In this document: one piece after another, positions 14,030-28,200 of the stretch
How the letters are laid out: every line of letters begins with the position of its first letter
How positions within the stretch are numbered: the stretch's first letter is position 1
Translations under genes and position numbers: made by a program
NCBI GenBank assembly: GCA_020137815.1
Contig: CM035359.1
Coordinates: 5,208,001-5,272,000 of the forward strand
Length of the DNA: 64,000 nucleotides
Origin: Hormiphora californensis
Lineage: Eukaryota > Animalia > Ctenophora
Direction of reading: 5' to 3'
Notes under the pieces: generated by a model
Databases searched by the model: none
Seen by the model: only the letters and a program-made list of their open reading frames with translations
What the model was told of the DNA's origin: nothing

Positions 14030-14755
14030 TGCATCAACTCCTCTCTCTCCTTCAGACACTCAATCAACCCTCCATCCCTATCGAAAACCCCCATCTCCAT
14101 CTAACCCTCCCCTCAAGAACCCTGCCACCCACCTCTCATCTACCCTCCACTCCTCTCCAAACCCTCCACCCACTTTCCATCAACCCGCCCCCCAGCTCTC
14201 AATTCCCCACCCCTCTCAGCTAACCCTACACCCCTCGCCAGTCTAACCCTCCCCCACTCTCTCCATAACCCCCACCCCCTCATGCACTACACACTCATAC
14301 CACAACTCCAACCCCTCCATGATAAGCCCTCCCCTCCATCTAACCCCCACCCCCTCTCCCATGAACCTCCACCGCCCGTCTCAATACGAAACCCCGACAC
14401 CCCCTCTCCCTCTAACCCTACACCTCACTCCATCTCCTGCCTACCCTCGCATCTAACCCTCCACCCCCTCTCATCAACCCCCACCCCCTCTCCAGTCTAC
14501 CCTCCACGCCCTCTGCCATCAACCCTGCACCCCCTCTCCACATAAACCCTCCACCACCCTGTTCTCCCCAAACCTCACTCCCACAACCGCACCCATCGCC
14601 GCAACCGGCCCTCTCCATCTAACCCTCCACCCCCTCTCCATCTAACCCTCCACCCCCTCTCCATCTAACCCGGGTCAGGCCCCCTCTCCCTCTAAACCCT
14701 TAACCCTCCCCACACGACGGGGGCCTCCCTCAGCGTCCATCTAACCCAAAACCCT
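14030..14755. repeat. C-rich degenerate tandem repeat (CCATCTAACCCTCCACCCCCTCT-like) next to an assembly gap
   Basis: Recurrent TCTAACCC and CTCTCC motifs; low complexity. Confidence 0.8.
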
Positions 14756-14855
14756 NNNNNNNNNNNNNNNNNNNNNNNNNNNNNNNNNNNNNNNNNNNNN
14801 NNNNNNNNNNNNNNNNNNNNNNNNNNNNNNNNNNNNNNNNNNNNNNNNNNNNNNN
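14756..14855. other. Scaffold gap (100 N)
   Basis: Run of N. Confidence 1.
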
Positions 14856-15900
14856 TCCACTGATAGAGGGGTAATCAATAGACAAACAGCGACTGTGGTC
14901 GTACTGTATGTTAAAACAGTAAGTTTTTGAGGAAAAGGGCTCCAACGTTGAGATGTCATGTGAAGCAGGAGACGGACTCGTGCATTCTTCAGAATTCTAC
15001 TGACCCCAAGATACGTGCCCTCACACTGGCTATGCAAAAAATGAAAAGATTCTAACTAACCTCCATAAGACTCAGAGCCCTGAAAGAGATTCGACGAACT
15101 TGTAGAGACATGGAAAACAAAGTCCTACATGGAGATTCCTGAAGGCAAACTGGAAGAAGGGGGATGCGACCCTGATTGCGACCTGGGCCTGCTCAACAAA
15201 AGAGCCTCACACAGATACAACCCGAAGCCGATGTATTGTGCTCCATATCACGCCATTCGACAAACTGGCTGAAGCTGGCTATCGAGAAAGATCAAGGAGT
15301 GACTGAGAAATTGCTTATCTGTCACCAACACAAACTATCGTTGAACACTCCTAAACGGATCACGAAAACTTGCCACGGATACTATAATCTCGTTCAACAC
15401 GAGCGGAGCTGTCGCCCTCCCTTGGGAATGGTGCACTGGACTACGGTATTTCCTTCTGACATCAAAAGTTGTGAGCCACTATGCAGAGAAAGTTGCTCGA
15501 GAATGAATAACTACAGATCCTCTTGGCTTCCAATACAGGACGGACACCCCCATCGGGCATTTTACCCTTACCTGGTCTTCTAGACAAATCACAGAAAGGC
15601 GGGCGCTACTGATCGACGTCGCTTACCAAAAGACAGGTCGTCTCGGACAGGGAGATTGGAGAAGATCGAGAAGTACTCCAGAACTACGGAGGGAGCTCAC
15701 ACGACTTTGGAACATTCAAAAGTCCACTGTCATCCCTATCGTGATTGTAGCTCTCTTGGCGAGTCAGACCCCCCGCCTGGATAAGTACCTGACTGGCTAT
15801 ACCCAACTCGCTCCCAATCGTACTAACCGTTGCCTCCCAGGTCGGTGCCAAAAGGGTCGTCCTCTTTAACTCGAGAAACACGGCTCCTGGAAAGTTTCTC
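14856..15900 (+). mobile_element. Highly degenerate LTR-retrotransposon (Gypsy-like) integrase fragment
   Basis: Frameshifted pieces resemble integrase motifs (HTGYAK at ~15022; YCAPYH...NWLKLA at ~15233, like the APYHPQSNG region). No intact ORF; sequence quality near the gap looks poor. Confidence 0.35.
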
Positions 15901-17514
15901 GAACATGTAATTAGCCTCTGTACCCCACTCGATGTATATTTGTATGTAGTTTTTTATTTCGATTCATCACAATCCACCGTATCCTCGCTTGCTCTTAGAC
16001 TGCCTTAATTCCTTCCAGAAGTTTTGGTTCCAGACGTTTGTTCTGATAGGTTGACTCTGTCTTAGATTCCCTATCCAGCAGCTGCGCTTCTTTCCAGATT
16101 AGTTTAAGAGATGTCTTTTGTCTGCCACCATGAGCTTTACTTCCCCTATCTCTTATTTTTCCTTATCCTTAACCTATATGTACATGTTTCACACTACCCC
16201 TTTGTACTTGTTGCTACGTCACCTTTACTCGCGTCAGGCCCTTCCGGGCCTCAGATATCAACAGGATCCGGGCTCCGGGGGATTTAAAACCCTGTTCCAC
16301 ACAGGGGCCATTCGGCCCCCATTGTGAGTGTGGGTGTAGTGGAGACGCGAGGAGCTAGAGAGAGATATAGATATAGCGAGCGATAGTAGCGCGAGCAGAC
16401 TGCTATAGACTAGCTCGCAGAATAGCGAGCGCTGAGCGTACTTAGAGAGCGAGAGATAGAGAGCGAGATAGCGATATATTCGCGCGCGCGCGGCGCTCGC
16501 CTTGCTCGCGCTCGTCTTTTCGCTGGCGCGCCTCCTCTCGCCCCCTGCGCGCACCCTCTCTGTCTCCCCCCTCGCTCGAAAAGTTATCCTTAATGTGGGT
16601 TTAATGGGTTATTTGTCCAAAAAATTAAATTTTGTGACCATAAAATTGAAACTCATTATATAATTTTAAACGGTAATCGTCAAGATAAAGGGGAACATTT
16701 TTTTACAAATTGACTTGAAAATTGAGGATATAAAATGTTTTAGTCAAACCTCGATTTACCCGATCCTTGATTTATCAGACGGATGTATTTCCCAATATTC
16801 AAAGAGACCGGTTAATCGCTGTCAGGCCAATGCTCTGACCACGGTTCTCGAACGCTCTTATTTGAAAGAAATAGGGTCAGGTAAATCGAGGGTTGACCGC
16901 AAATATCACGTGTCCAATGATTCCTTTGTTAACTGTTGGCAAATTGTGTGGCTATGTTTTCTGTTTTGTTTGAACAAAATCAACGTGTTTCAGTTTGTTT
17001 TGAACTCAGGCGGCATGTTATATAATATATATAGTGTTCACAGTGTATCTCGGGGGAATATCAAAGTCCGTGTGAGTTGTGTGGCAACTGGCAAACGATG
17101 CTGGTCCAAATTCAAGTTTTTGGTACCTCGAGGTAGTACTTGGTGACATTGACACCTAGTGCGACCGAGATCGGGCTCGCACATATGTGAAGCACACAGG
17201 TATAGCAATGGTGCCAACCTCAGTACTACAGTTACGTGTGGCATCATGCAACATATGAGAGTCTGAATTCGAGTCACAGTTATTACTATAGTACTGCACT
17301 ATTATAGTACTACACCGGCACGTGCGACACAAGTTGCACTCCAACAATCAGTGATTGAATCACTGCACTACAAGTGCGAAGAAGGTCCTGTGAAGCTATC
17401 ATGTGACTCTGAGGCAGCGACCTGGTCCATCTCTATCCCCTGGGCATTACTTAGCACAGAACTGAATCCAACTGAGTATGCGTCCCTCCTGCCACCAACC
17501 ACCTGAAAGTGTTG

Positions 17515-17825
17515 TGGGGTTGAGAACTTGTAGTTTGGGGGTTGAGAACTTGTAGTTTGGGGGTTGAGAACTTGTAGTTTGGGGGTTGAGAACTTGTAGT
17601 TTGGGGGTTGAGAACTTGTAGTTTGGGGGTTCAGAGCTTGTAGTTTTGGGGTTGAGAACTTGTCGTTTGGGGGTTGAGAACTTGTAGTTTGGGGGTTGAG
17701 AACTTGTAGTTTGGGGGTTGAGAACTTGTAGTTTGGGGGTTGAGAACTTGTCGTTTGGGGGTTGAGAACTTGTAGTTTGGGGGTTGAGAACTTGTAGTTT
17801 GGGGGTTGAGAACTTGTAGTTTGGA
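17515..17825. repeat. 22-bp minisatellite (TGAGAACTTGTAGTTTGGGGGT)x~14
   Basis: Directly visible; gives the 22-aa periodic ORF 17631-17831. Confidence 0.95.
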
Positions 17826-19262
17826 GTTCAACTAGACTCTATGCTATGGAGTTGTGTCTTGTCATAACGTATAACTCATACTACGCGACTTTGTCATATC
17901 GAGCACACGGTTCGGTTCGGAGAGAACAGTCTTTTGCTCTCAGGCATCGGTGCTGACCTGATCTAGGCACACTGTTATTTATAGTATCAAACTGGGGTCT
18001 GGTGGTGCTGCAGGCATGGGGAAAGACTAAACTGCATTACTTCCCAGTTCCCAGTTTTTATCTAAACTCACAGTGTCCGATAATGTATAATATACACTGT
18101 ATATAATTGTGAGTCCGGGTATCGTGACCTTCACCTCGTGCTGCAGTAGCTGTCGACCAAAATAGCGACACGCTAGCCAGATGTTGTTGTTGTTACTAGC
18201 AAGGTTTCCTAACAACAAGCGGTCCAGCTGCGGCGGGTGTGTGTGGGGTGAAACAAGCCAGTATTTTAGAAATAGACACTTCAATTCAAGATGTAGTGTC
18301 GGTGTGTATTCATTTCCCGACCATTTCCAAAATGTACCGCTACAACACCGGTTTAAAAAGCATTGCCTGCTGCGTAGTTGTTTAGTTAGTGGGAAATTGA
18401 ATTTGGAGTTGTGCAAGAATAGAGAGATAATTAGTGCTGCAAACCTGACAGCTGTCTGTATCTATCTTTCTATCTTTCTATCTCTCTATCTCTGTATCTA
18501 TCTATCTCTGTATCTATCTTTCTATCTTGTTCTGTATCTTGCAAGTTTCATGAAAAGTATCAAGAAAAGTATGGATTACAACTTATTCGATGGCGTCATT
18601 TTGTATCTCTTTTCAATTGTATCATTAACAATATAATTGCTGCAGACCTCAGCTCGTGCTCTCTCGTTCTCTTTTTCTTTCTCTATAATATTTCCCCCTC
18701 TTTCTCTCATTATATCTTTATCGGCTAATCTATCTCTTTTGAATTGCCTCTACCAACCAGCAAAACTCCAGTGGTAAACTTTTGAGCTCTCTATTTGATT
18801 GTTTGATACATGCACTAATTAGAATCTACTGAGGCGTATAACGATTATGCAGCGCTCTAAGTTTTTTCACCGAGCCTTTCATCTTGCAATCTCTCTTTTT
18901 TTCTATCCTTAATCCTGCTTCTTTCTCTCTCTCAATCGCCTCTATCTCTCTCTCCCCATTTCCTTCCCTATCTCTGAATCAATTCTTTAATTGCCTTCGT
19001 CTCGATTCTTCGTTGTTCAACCTCTCTGTACGAGGTTCTCGTCAATATAATAGTTGTGTGCATGATCTTCAATCGATATTTGTTTGTGATTCTGATTGTC
19101 TTCAGATATTACTGGTAGTAATCAGATTAATATGTCTTGTTATATGTGATGACATAAGACTGCCCTCTCCGAACGGGGCACGAAGAAATAGTCACATAGT
19201 ATCATGACAAGTTGAATGATCTTGAATTATGACAAGTTGAATCTTGAATTATTAGCTCTTAC

Positions 19263-22200
19263 CGTTCCCGTTGCTTTGAACATGTCAGCTCTGTCTGGGT
19301 GAAATACAGCGGGGGCATCGACAACCCTGTCTGATGTCACACTGATACCAATCTAGGGGAGTGGGAGGGTTAGAGATGTCACACTGATACCAATCTGCAT
19401 AGGTCATAGGGGAGTGGGAGGGGTTAGAGATGTCACACTAATACCAATCTACATAGGGGAGTGGGAGGGTTAGAGATGTCACACTAATACCAATCTACAT
19501 AGGGGTCACCACACACCAAAGTTAAAATTAAAATTAAAATTTGACGTTTTTGGTCATAACTCTGCCATTTCTTGACCAAAAACGTCAAATTTTAATTTTA
19601 ATTTTAACTTTGGTGTGTGGTGACCCTAGGGGAGTGGGAGGGTTAGAGGGGGGGGGGGTTAGAGGGGATTGGGAGGGTTAGTGGGAGGGTTAGTGGGGAT
19701 TGGGAGGGTTAGTACCAATCTACACAGGGGTCCCCTGTAGATTGGTACTAACCCCATCATTCTCTAACCCACTCCCCTGTCAGGGGACGGGGTTATTTGA
19801 GAGTCTGACAGACAGACAAAATACAGACAGACAGACAAACCTGGGTAGTTTTAACGTTGAAGGGAAACAGTTTGTTTGCGTTTGATGGCCTAGTTAGAAC
19901 CAAGAAAACTGAGAATGCCAGGAAAGTGTTGGTGTTTAGTACAATGTCCACAGCCCGTTCTCTGTAACTATCATCTAGGTAGAAGGAGGCCAGAAGTACT
20001 ACGATAGGCTTAGCGAGGAACCTGGGAGAGTAACAATGAGAGTGGGGATAGCAGGTAAGAGAGGGAGTTTATGAGTTGCTAAAACTAAAAGAGAGATAGC
20101 GAGGGTTTGTGGAGATATCAAGTAATTGTAGGTCACCAACTAGGAGGATATAAGAAGTATGAGATCGAGAAATTTAACTCGGTCTTACCCCCAGAATCCA
20201 TGCCGCACTAAACCTACCAGAAAGTGTATGCGAAGTAGAAGTAGCAGTAAAACGTCTTCTTGTCTTGGTAGTTCTTCAGAGTGTTAAATGTACAGCTTGT
20301 GAACCAAATCCACATCTAAATGGTAGGAAATTTCCCGGAAATTTTGTTGAAAATGAGAAATATAACTTTTTATCCGGCCTCTGAGACAACCACAATGTCA
20401 TCTAAATTACTCACCAGAACAAGTGTTACCATGACAGAAAAACCAGGGGCACTCTCATACTCGTATAGAACCTGGCCCGGATCAAACATCTGCAAATTCA
20501 AGGGTAAACGATGGGGTTATTAAATACACAATTGGGGTGACAAGTCCCAAGTTTACTGAAACAGTTGCAGTGAATGCCTTAATATAGGGGTTATGGGGGG
20601 GGGGGGCCAAGGCCAAAAAAAGCCAGATCAATCCCGGATTTTAGGGCGGGTCTGGCTTTTTTTGGCTTTTTTGGCCCTACTTTTTTGGTCATTTTGGCAT
20701 GTAATTCTGACATTATATGGTCTGTTTGACATTAAAAACACTTTCAAATGGCTTCTTTGATCTAGTTTTACCATTTTATATCGTTAGGGAAAAAAATTTT
20801 ATACCGAAAAAAGTTTGATATAAAAAAGCCAGATCAAAAAAAGCCAGATCAAAAAAACCCAAAAAAAGCCAGATCAAAAAAAGCCAGATCAAAAAAAGCC
20901 AGATCAAAAAAAGCCAAAAAAAGCCAGATCAAAAAAAAGCCAGATCAAAAAAAGCCAGATCAGACCCGGATTTCAGGGCGGGTTTGGCTTTTTTTGGCCT
21001 TGCCCCCCCCCCCCCCCCCGTTATAAGGGGTTCGTGGTCCCCCCGGTTTATCAGAAAATAGTGTTTCATTTTTAGGGGACGCTCCTGGAGTCTGTACTAG
21101 CAAGTTGGCTGATATATGCCACAAGGCAGTACATTTCTTTTTTTTAGTGGATTTTTTACTTACATAAGCCTCCCAAAGGAGTGCTATGATTTGAGCAAGG
21201 AGGTAGAATGTTATAGAAGCAGATAGAATCACCGTCCCTTGTGTACTTATTCTCCCCCTGTGCAGTGGGTGAAACTAGTTGTTATAGTGGTGGACCTGGA
21301 GTTGGTGACATAGACACCTGGCGCGACCCCCGCACACAGGTGTCCGCTCCGCCCCCTAAAAAAGGGTCGTGTCTTTCAAGGCTTTTTGCACGCGATCCAC
21401 TGGACCGATTTGCATCCGGTTTGTCGCAAAAGACTACAAATTGATTCTAATATACTGGAAAATACCCGAGAAGTTTGTCTGTCAACAGGAAGTCAAATCT
21501 ATAATCTGGCTTCCGAGCCTTTTTGCACCACTCCCAGGCGGTTTAGACTGAGTCTGACGATATTGGGAGATAGGTTGAGGCCTTGTTAGTACAGAAAATA
21601 CCCGGCATCAAATTCTGATGCTAATTGCATCAACATATCTCCCAATATCTTCTAAATCGCATGGGCGTAGTGCAGAAACTGTCGGAAGTCAGATTATAGA
21701 TTTGACTTTGACGCGATCCACTGGACCGATTTGCATCCGGTTTGTCGCAAAAGACTACAAATGATCCTAATATACTGAAAAATACCCGAGAAGTTTGTCT
21801 GTGAACAGGAAATGGGTCAAAATTGACACTGAACAGTGTCAATTTTGACCCATTTCCTGTTCACAGACAAACTTCTCGGGTATTTTTCAGTATATTAGGA
21901 TCATTTGTAGTCTTTTGCGACAAACCGGATGCAAATCGGTCCAGTGGATCGCGTGCGACATCCCTTGAAAGAAACGACCCTTTTTGGGGCGGAGCGGGCA
22001 CCTGTGTGCGGGGGTCGCGCCAGGTGTCTATGTCACCAAGACCTGGAGTAATCACACTGTAATAGTTTGTTTGAACAAAGCAAGCATAGTTATCCTTTAA
22101 CTCATCAATACAGACGCTGGGGGTGTGGCCCAGTTTTCCAATAACTAATCCCACCCTTGTTGAGAAAAGCCTGGTACCCCGGGGTACTAGGTACCAGCCC

Positions 22201-25200
22201 TTACTCAACAATTCCTAAACGATTCAATACTTTTAATTACTCACTTTACAACGGTCCAGCCCTTGCTTAGAAGGATCAGAAGCAGGATGAAACAGGTATC
22301 AGACAAAACACACAACCCCTTTCCTAGAATGGGATGATAAGATAAATACATTCGGACCCCGGTATACCGGGCACCCTGATTTACCGGGCAAAACCCTTTC
22401 CCCCGAACATCCCGATAAATCGGGGTCTGACTCTATAGTAAATTCTAAGAAATATCATAGTAATTATTCGTACTGCATATCGCTTTAATAATATTTAGGG
22501 CCAAACCCATTTTCATGAAAATCGGAGTTTAATGCATTAAATTCCGATTTCCGATGGCGATAACTATATATTGTTATGGAATTATTACGATCGCTCGTCG
22601 ACATTCCTTCCCGAATATAGTTAGAATCTCAGATACCTAACTGAAACTTGAAAGTGAAGCCAAAGTTCGAGCTGGGACACAGCAGTTGAACCAACTCAGG
22701 CCGGGAAGGAAGGGATATAAACATACCTACATATTCGATTGGTTTGTATTCAAACCCCGTGTGGTGTATTAGAATTCTCGAAGTGCACGTAGCAACGGTT
22801 GCTAGGAACCGGAATACAACTGATACCGTGTATATCTTGAAGGAGGTGTGGTAAAACTGCTTCTTTGCCAAAACCACTGAAACATTACACAATGGAGTTT
22901 TAGATATACATACTTCCGGGTTGGCAAGCCCATGCACTCGTTTTAGTATACTTCCGGGTTGTAAAAGTAATCAGGAACTATATAGGGGGGTGTCACTCTT
23001 TTTGTCTACTTTTGCCTACTTTTGTCTCAATCTACAGCAAAGTAGACAAAAGTAGACAAATTCTTTTCAAGTTAAGAAAACAATTTTTACATTTTCTGTA
23101 CTCTCATGGAAGCTGGCAGTGCCAGTGGCACGAAAAGCAGCCACGTACTGCGTTTGGTAATCACATTCACAATGCCCAGCTTGGCTCACATACTAATCTT
23201 TTAGAGTCACGTACCAGCTTGGACCTTGGTCACATACCTGACACTCTAGCTGTTAGAGCCAGTAGGTAGATAAGGATACCTATAAATCCAATCTGATGTC
23301 TCTAGAATTCCTGGGACAAAATACACAACTTATAACATAATCTTTTTTAATCTGTTTTTTGTGAACGCCCCCTCGAAGTAAAATGTTTAGAGGCCTATGT
23401 AATAGAATAATATGTTCTGTGAAAACTAACTACCACACAGGAAACCAATATAATAGAGGGTTAGAACATAACAAGAGCATGCCTCTTTAAACGAGTCTCA
23501 TCCCCTCCCCTCCCCTTCCCTCACCACCTTCCCTCCCTCCCCCCTTCCCCCCCCCCCCCCCCCAATAAACGACTTACCAATCTCATCAGCTGACACGTGT
23601 TTAGTCCAAAATGACTCCCCGTTAGTTAGTTCCACAGTGTAATCCATAGTAGTTACTCCCTGAAAAACACGTCCAAGATGAATAATATACATTTCATGAT
23701 AACTTGATTTTAGAGTGCTAAGCTTTTAAGCTATATGTATTAGTAAAGGGTACGGTACTGGGGTAATGGCTGTCAGAGAGAACTGTGGTCAGAGCATGAC
23801 AGGGGGATGGGGTAAATGAAAGGACATACGTTGGGGTTTATACAGTTGGAGATGGCAAAATACCACCATCTTGCCTTGGAGTTTTGGAAACCTATGTAAC
23901 CTGAAATGTATTAATATTGTATTAATAATAATAATAATAATAACTATGTTTGTATTCCGCCCATATCCGACAGGGACAGAGCAGTAGAACTGTTGCTGTC
24001 ACTGAAGGATGATCTGAACGGTTAACATACTTGAATAGACCTGCCGACTAATCCTTAATATTGCACAAAAAAATGGTAAAGAAAAAACAACGGCCCACAT
24101 AACTATCGGTAACTGAAAACATAACAGACTGAGATAGAGTCCTGGAACTCTAAAAAGATGGTTTAAAAGTCCAATAGATAGAAAACACTCGTGCTATGAA
24201 AAAAACCCAAAACGTGCTTCACACTTCTGCTCGCCACGAGCCAAAATACAGAAAAAAAATAAAACAGGTACCAGCTAGAGCACAAACCTCAATAAGATGG
24301 AGAGAACACTCCTAGGACAATCAGGATTCACCGAAAGCCTCAATGAAGAGACTAGTCTTGAGCTTAGACTTGAAAGAGTCCACAGAGTCAATTGCTCTCA
24401 GATCAATGGAAAGCTTATTCCAGATTTCAGGCAGATAAACCGACGGACGTCTCCTCCTCAACTTAGAAGTTGCATTCACACTGGATAGCTTAGGATACCT
24501 CAGCTTGAGGCTATCAGGCTGAGCGTTTCCTCTGGTAGTCCGGATCACATGTAGTCCATCATCCACAGGGACCTGTTCCTGCAGGTACACTGGAGCCAAG
24601 CCATGTACAATCTTGTACGCCATTAAGCAAACCTTGAACTTAACTCGCTGTTCAATCGGGAGGACGTGCATTTCACTCAAGTAGGGCATGTAACTGTCCT
24701 GGTGACCATACAGGCCATACACAAATCTGACACATGAGTTCAGAACTCGCTGCAAGCTATCCAGGAGCTTCTTTGGTAAGCCAGAATAAAGGACATTACA
24801 GTAGTCAAGTCTCGAAACGATGAGTTGCTTCACCAGAAGCATCTTGGTCGGTTTATCCAAACATCGGTTAACCTGCCACAAATTCTTGAGAAGCATTCCA
24901 CATTGCTTCTTAACACTGTTGATCTGCCTTTCCATCGAAATGTTACTGTCAAGGAATACACCCAGGGTCTTCCCTGCAGATCCAGTAAATTCCATAGGGC
25001 TGATTTCCACTCCTCCAAAGCTTACTGTGGGCTGGAAGACCATCTTATCCAGAGCACTGCTCTTACCTAACAGTAAAAACTCTGTCTTTGCCTCATTACA
25101 CTTAAGCCAGTGATCACTCATCCACAGTTTCACACTTGATAGACACTCCTCAATCCTCTCCTTCGCTGCATTCCAACCATCCTCGTCAGTAGGCACAAGA

Positions 25201-28200
25201 CTGATGTAAAGTTGCGAGTCATCAGCGTATAGCTTAATCCTCAGACCAAAGGGTCTAACCAAGTCCTGGAGCTCCTCGACATACAACAAGAACAATACCG
25301 GCCCAAGCAGTGACCCCTGTGGAACTCCACATATCAGCGTGATGATCCTCGAAAGTTCCCCCTCCACATTAACTCGGTAATTCCTACACTGTAGATAGCT
25401 GGTAAACCAATCCAGCACAGAGCCTTTCACTCCAAAACGTCCTTCCAGAGTCTCTAGCAGCTTCCCATGGTCCACTGTATCAAAGGCGGCACTCATGTCT
25501 AATAGAAAGAGGCCAGTGACCTTTCCTTCATCAAGGTCTCGTAGTAAATCATCAAACATACCCATCAGGAGTGTTTCACAACTGTGTCCCACCCGATAAC
25601 CCGATTGATGTTTGTTCAGTAACTCATTCTCATTGAGGTATGAGTTCAGCTGCTCTAGGACAACCTTTTCCAGTAATTTGGAGATAAACGATAGGTTGGA
25701 GACTGGACGGTAGTTGGATAAGGAGTCTTTGTCCCCATGGGGGTTCTTAATCGTAGGAAAAACCAATGCTTGTTGAAGAATATCAGGAACGCTGGAACAC
25801 TGGAGTGATAGGTTTACAAACTTGCACAAAACGGTGGCCAGCTCATCAATGCAACCTTTCACCAACCACGTAGGTATGAGATCAAGATCACAGGTCTTGT
25901 CAGGCATATCTTTGATAATCCTCATTAGTTTCTCTGGGGAAACTTCCTCAAACTTTTCAAAACAACAGACAGGGGTCTGATGTAAAACATTCCTCGTTGT
26001 CCTCTGGTTCTGCTCCTCTAACACAGTAGTTCGGATCCGCAATACAGTAATTAACTTAACTTTGATACTAATTGATAAATAATAAAACTTGATGTGCTTA
26101 AATGTGACTCCATTTCCAAAAGGGTGCTGAAAATGCTAAACATGGTTTCTTCTTGGTGACATAGGGGGATTCACCACATACAGCACCGGTGCGAACTCCA
26201 GTAATGTCGCACCACATACTGTCGGTGGAAACTTCAGTACAGTGAGTGTATGTGGTGCCTCTTACTGAACAATCAATAAAAAACCTTCAAAACAAGCTAA
26301 AAACACGTAATTTTTTGTGAAATATCTTCCTCTCACTAATACCGAACTCTCTCTACCTCCTTTTCTCTCTCTTGTTATGTTTAGCTCCACTTATCTCTCT
26401 CTTATCTTTCCCGATTGCAGCACATATTTTCTCGATATGTCGGATAATCTCGCCCTTGTTCTAGGTGTGGCCCTTTCTGTCGTAGTGAGAGTGCGTGCGC
26501 CTCTTATTGGTTGCTGTGGTGTGGGTGTGTGTGTGTATTGTGAGATGCAGGTCTGTCATTGGCTAGTGCGCGCACGTGACCCCCACGTGACCTTTCAGTT
26601 CAGTACGAAGAGCACATACAGCACCGTACTGATCTTTTCTGAGCTAAGCTCACGTGAGATTGTGTACTGATAGTCCCACCGATATTTATCAGTAAGAGGC
26701 ACCACATACGGCAGTGCGTACTGAAGTTTGCACCGAAAGTGTTGTATGTGCTAGTGAGAACTGAAGTTAGAGGCACCACATACGGCGGTGCGAATTTCAG
26801 TACAGTGCTGTATGTGGTCCCCCTTAGACACCGTGCGCGACCAAGATTGAGCTCACACACAGGTGTCTGCTCCGCCCCAAAAAGGGTCGTTTCTTTCAAG
26901 GGATGTTGCACGCGATCTACTGGACCGATTTGCATCCGGTTTGTCGCAAAAGACTACAAATGATCCTAATATACTTGAAAATACCCGAGAAGTTTGTCTG
27001 TCAACAGGAAGTGGGTCAAAATTGACACTGAAGTCAAACCTATAATCTGGCTTCCGAGAGTTTCTGCACTACGCCCATTCGATTTAGAAGATATTGGGAG
27101 ATATGTTGATGCAATTAGCATCAGCTATTAATGGCGGGTATTTTCCAGTACTCACAAGAGTTCAACCTATCTTCTGAGTTCTGATACCCTCAGATTCATT
27201 CTACACCGTCTGGGAGTGGTGCAAAAGGCTCGGAAGCCAAATTATAGATTTGACTTCAGTGTCAATTTTGACCCACTTCCTGTTGACAGACAAACTTCTC
27301 GGGTATTTTCCAGTAAACTAGGACCAATTGTTGGCCACATTGATGCCTGAGTGAGATCGAGGTCGCGCAGCGACCGAGATCGATCTCACATCTAGGCCTC
27401 CGGCCCGTTATTGATTTTAGAGCAAACTTTTTCAAAGACCTGGCTGCAAGGAACTACTGAACCGAGTTACATCTCGTTTGTTGCTCCTGGCAGGTAATTG
27501 TCTCTAGTTTTACGGAAAATACCCGCGAGTATCAGCATTTGAGGAATAGTGGGTCAAAATTGACTCTAAACATGGGCAATTCTTTAAAGACCTGGCTGCA
27601 AGCTCCTACTCGGTCCTGGGACAATCTGCGGGTACTGGGAGAATCGTCATGGCCCTGTGAGCATGGGAAAATACCCGCCGATTCATCACGATGCGAAATG
27701 AGGCGGTAATTGACGTTTGAGTAGTGCTAGGTCAGCTAAAAAGGTCTCCCAAAACAGTCTGTCGCGCGGGATTTGCTGAAAAACGTGCTTTACATCGCGC
27801 GCACGTGAGTTCTTGCTGTCCACGGGCCGGGAGCCTATTCTTCGCGGAGCGAGAATAGGTTGCATTGGAGCCAAGACCAATTGGTAGTCTCATGAAACAA
27901 GCGGGATGTAAATCGGTCGAGTGGATCACTTGAAATTTGGCTTGAAAGACACGACCCTTTTTTAGGGGGCGGAGCGGACACCTATGTGCGAGCTCGATCT
28001 CGCACGCACTAGGTGTCAATGTCACCAAGGTTTCTTCAATCTCCATAATACTAAAGATGATTTCCGTTTCCTGGTATGAATCAAACTCATTCTAACTGTG
28101 CTACGTCACTAGGGTATGTTATGCAGAAGTTAGGATAATAATTACATATTCCCCTAGACATATCAATTTATCACCAGATCCCATATAACCTATATCATGG

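Noticed and set aside
16330-16580. GC/AG-alternating quasi-palindromic stretch
   Set aside because: Looks like a poorly resolved microsatellite consensus near the gap; no interpretable structure.
18650-19170. Glu/Lys/Arg-rich minus-strand reading resembling a coiled-coil gene or the TMEM145 last exon
   Set aside because: Interrupted by stops in all frames and no supported splice sites.
22157-22211. LLSKGWYLVPRGTR ORF segment resembling a duplicated TMEM145 exon (LLSKGWTVV)
   Set aside because: It is a small palindromic repeat (TTGTTGAG...CTCAACAA; related motif at ~44531). The real exon is 22323-22245 and splices in phase to 21257.
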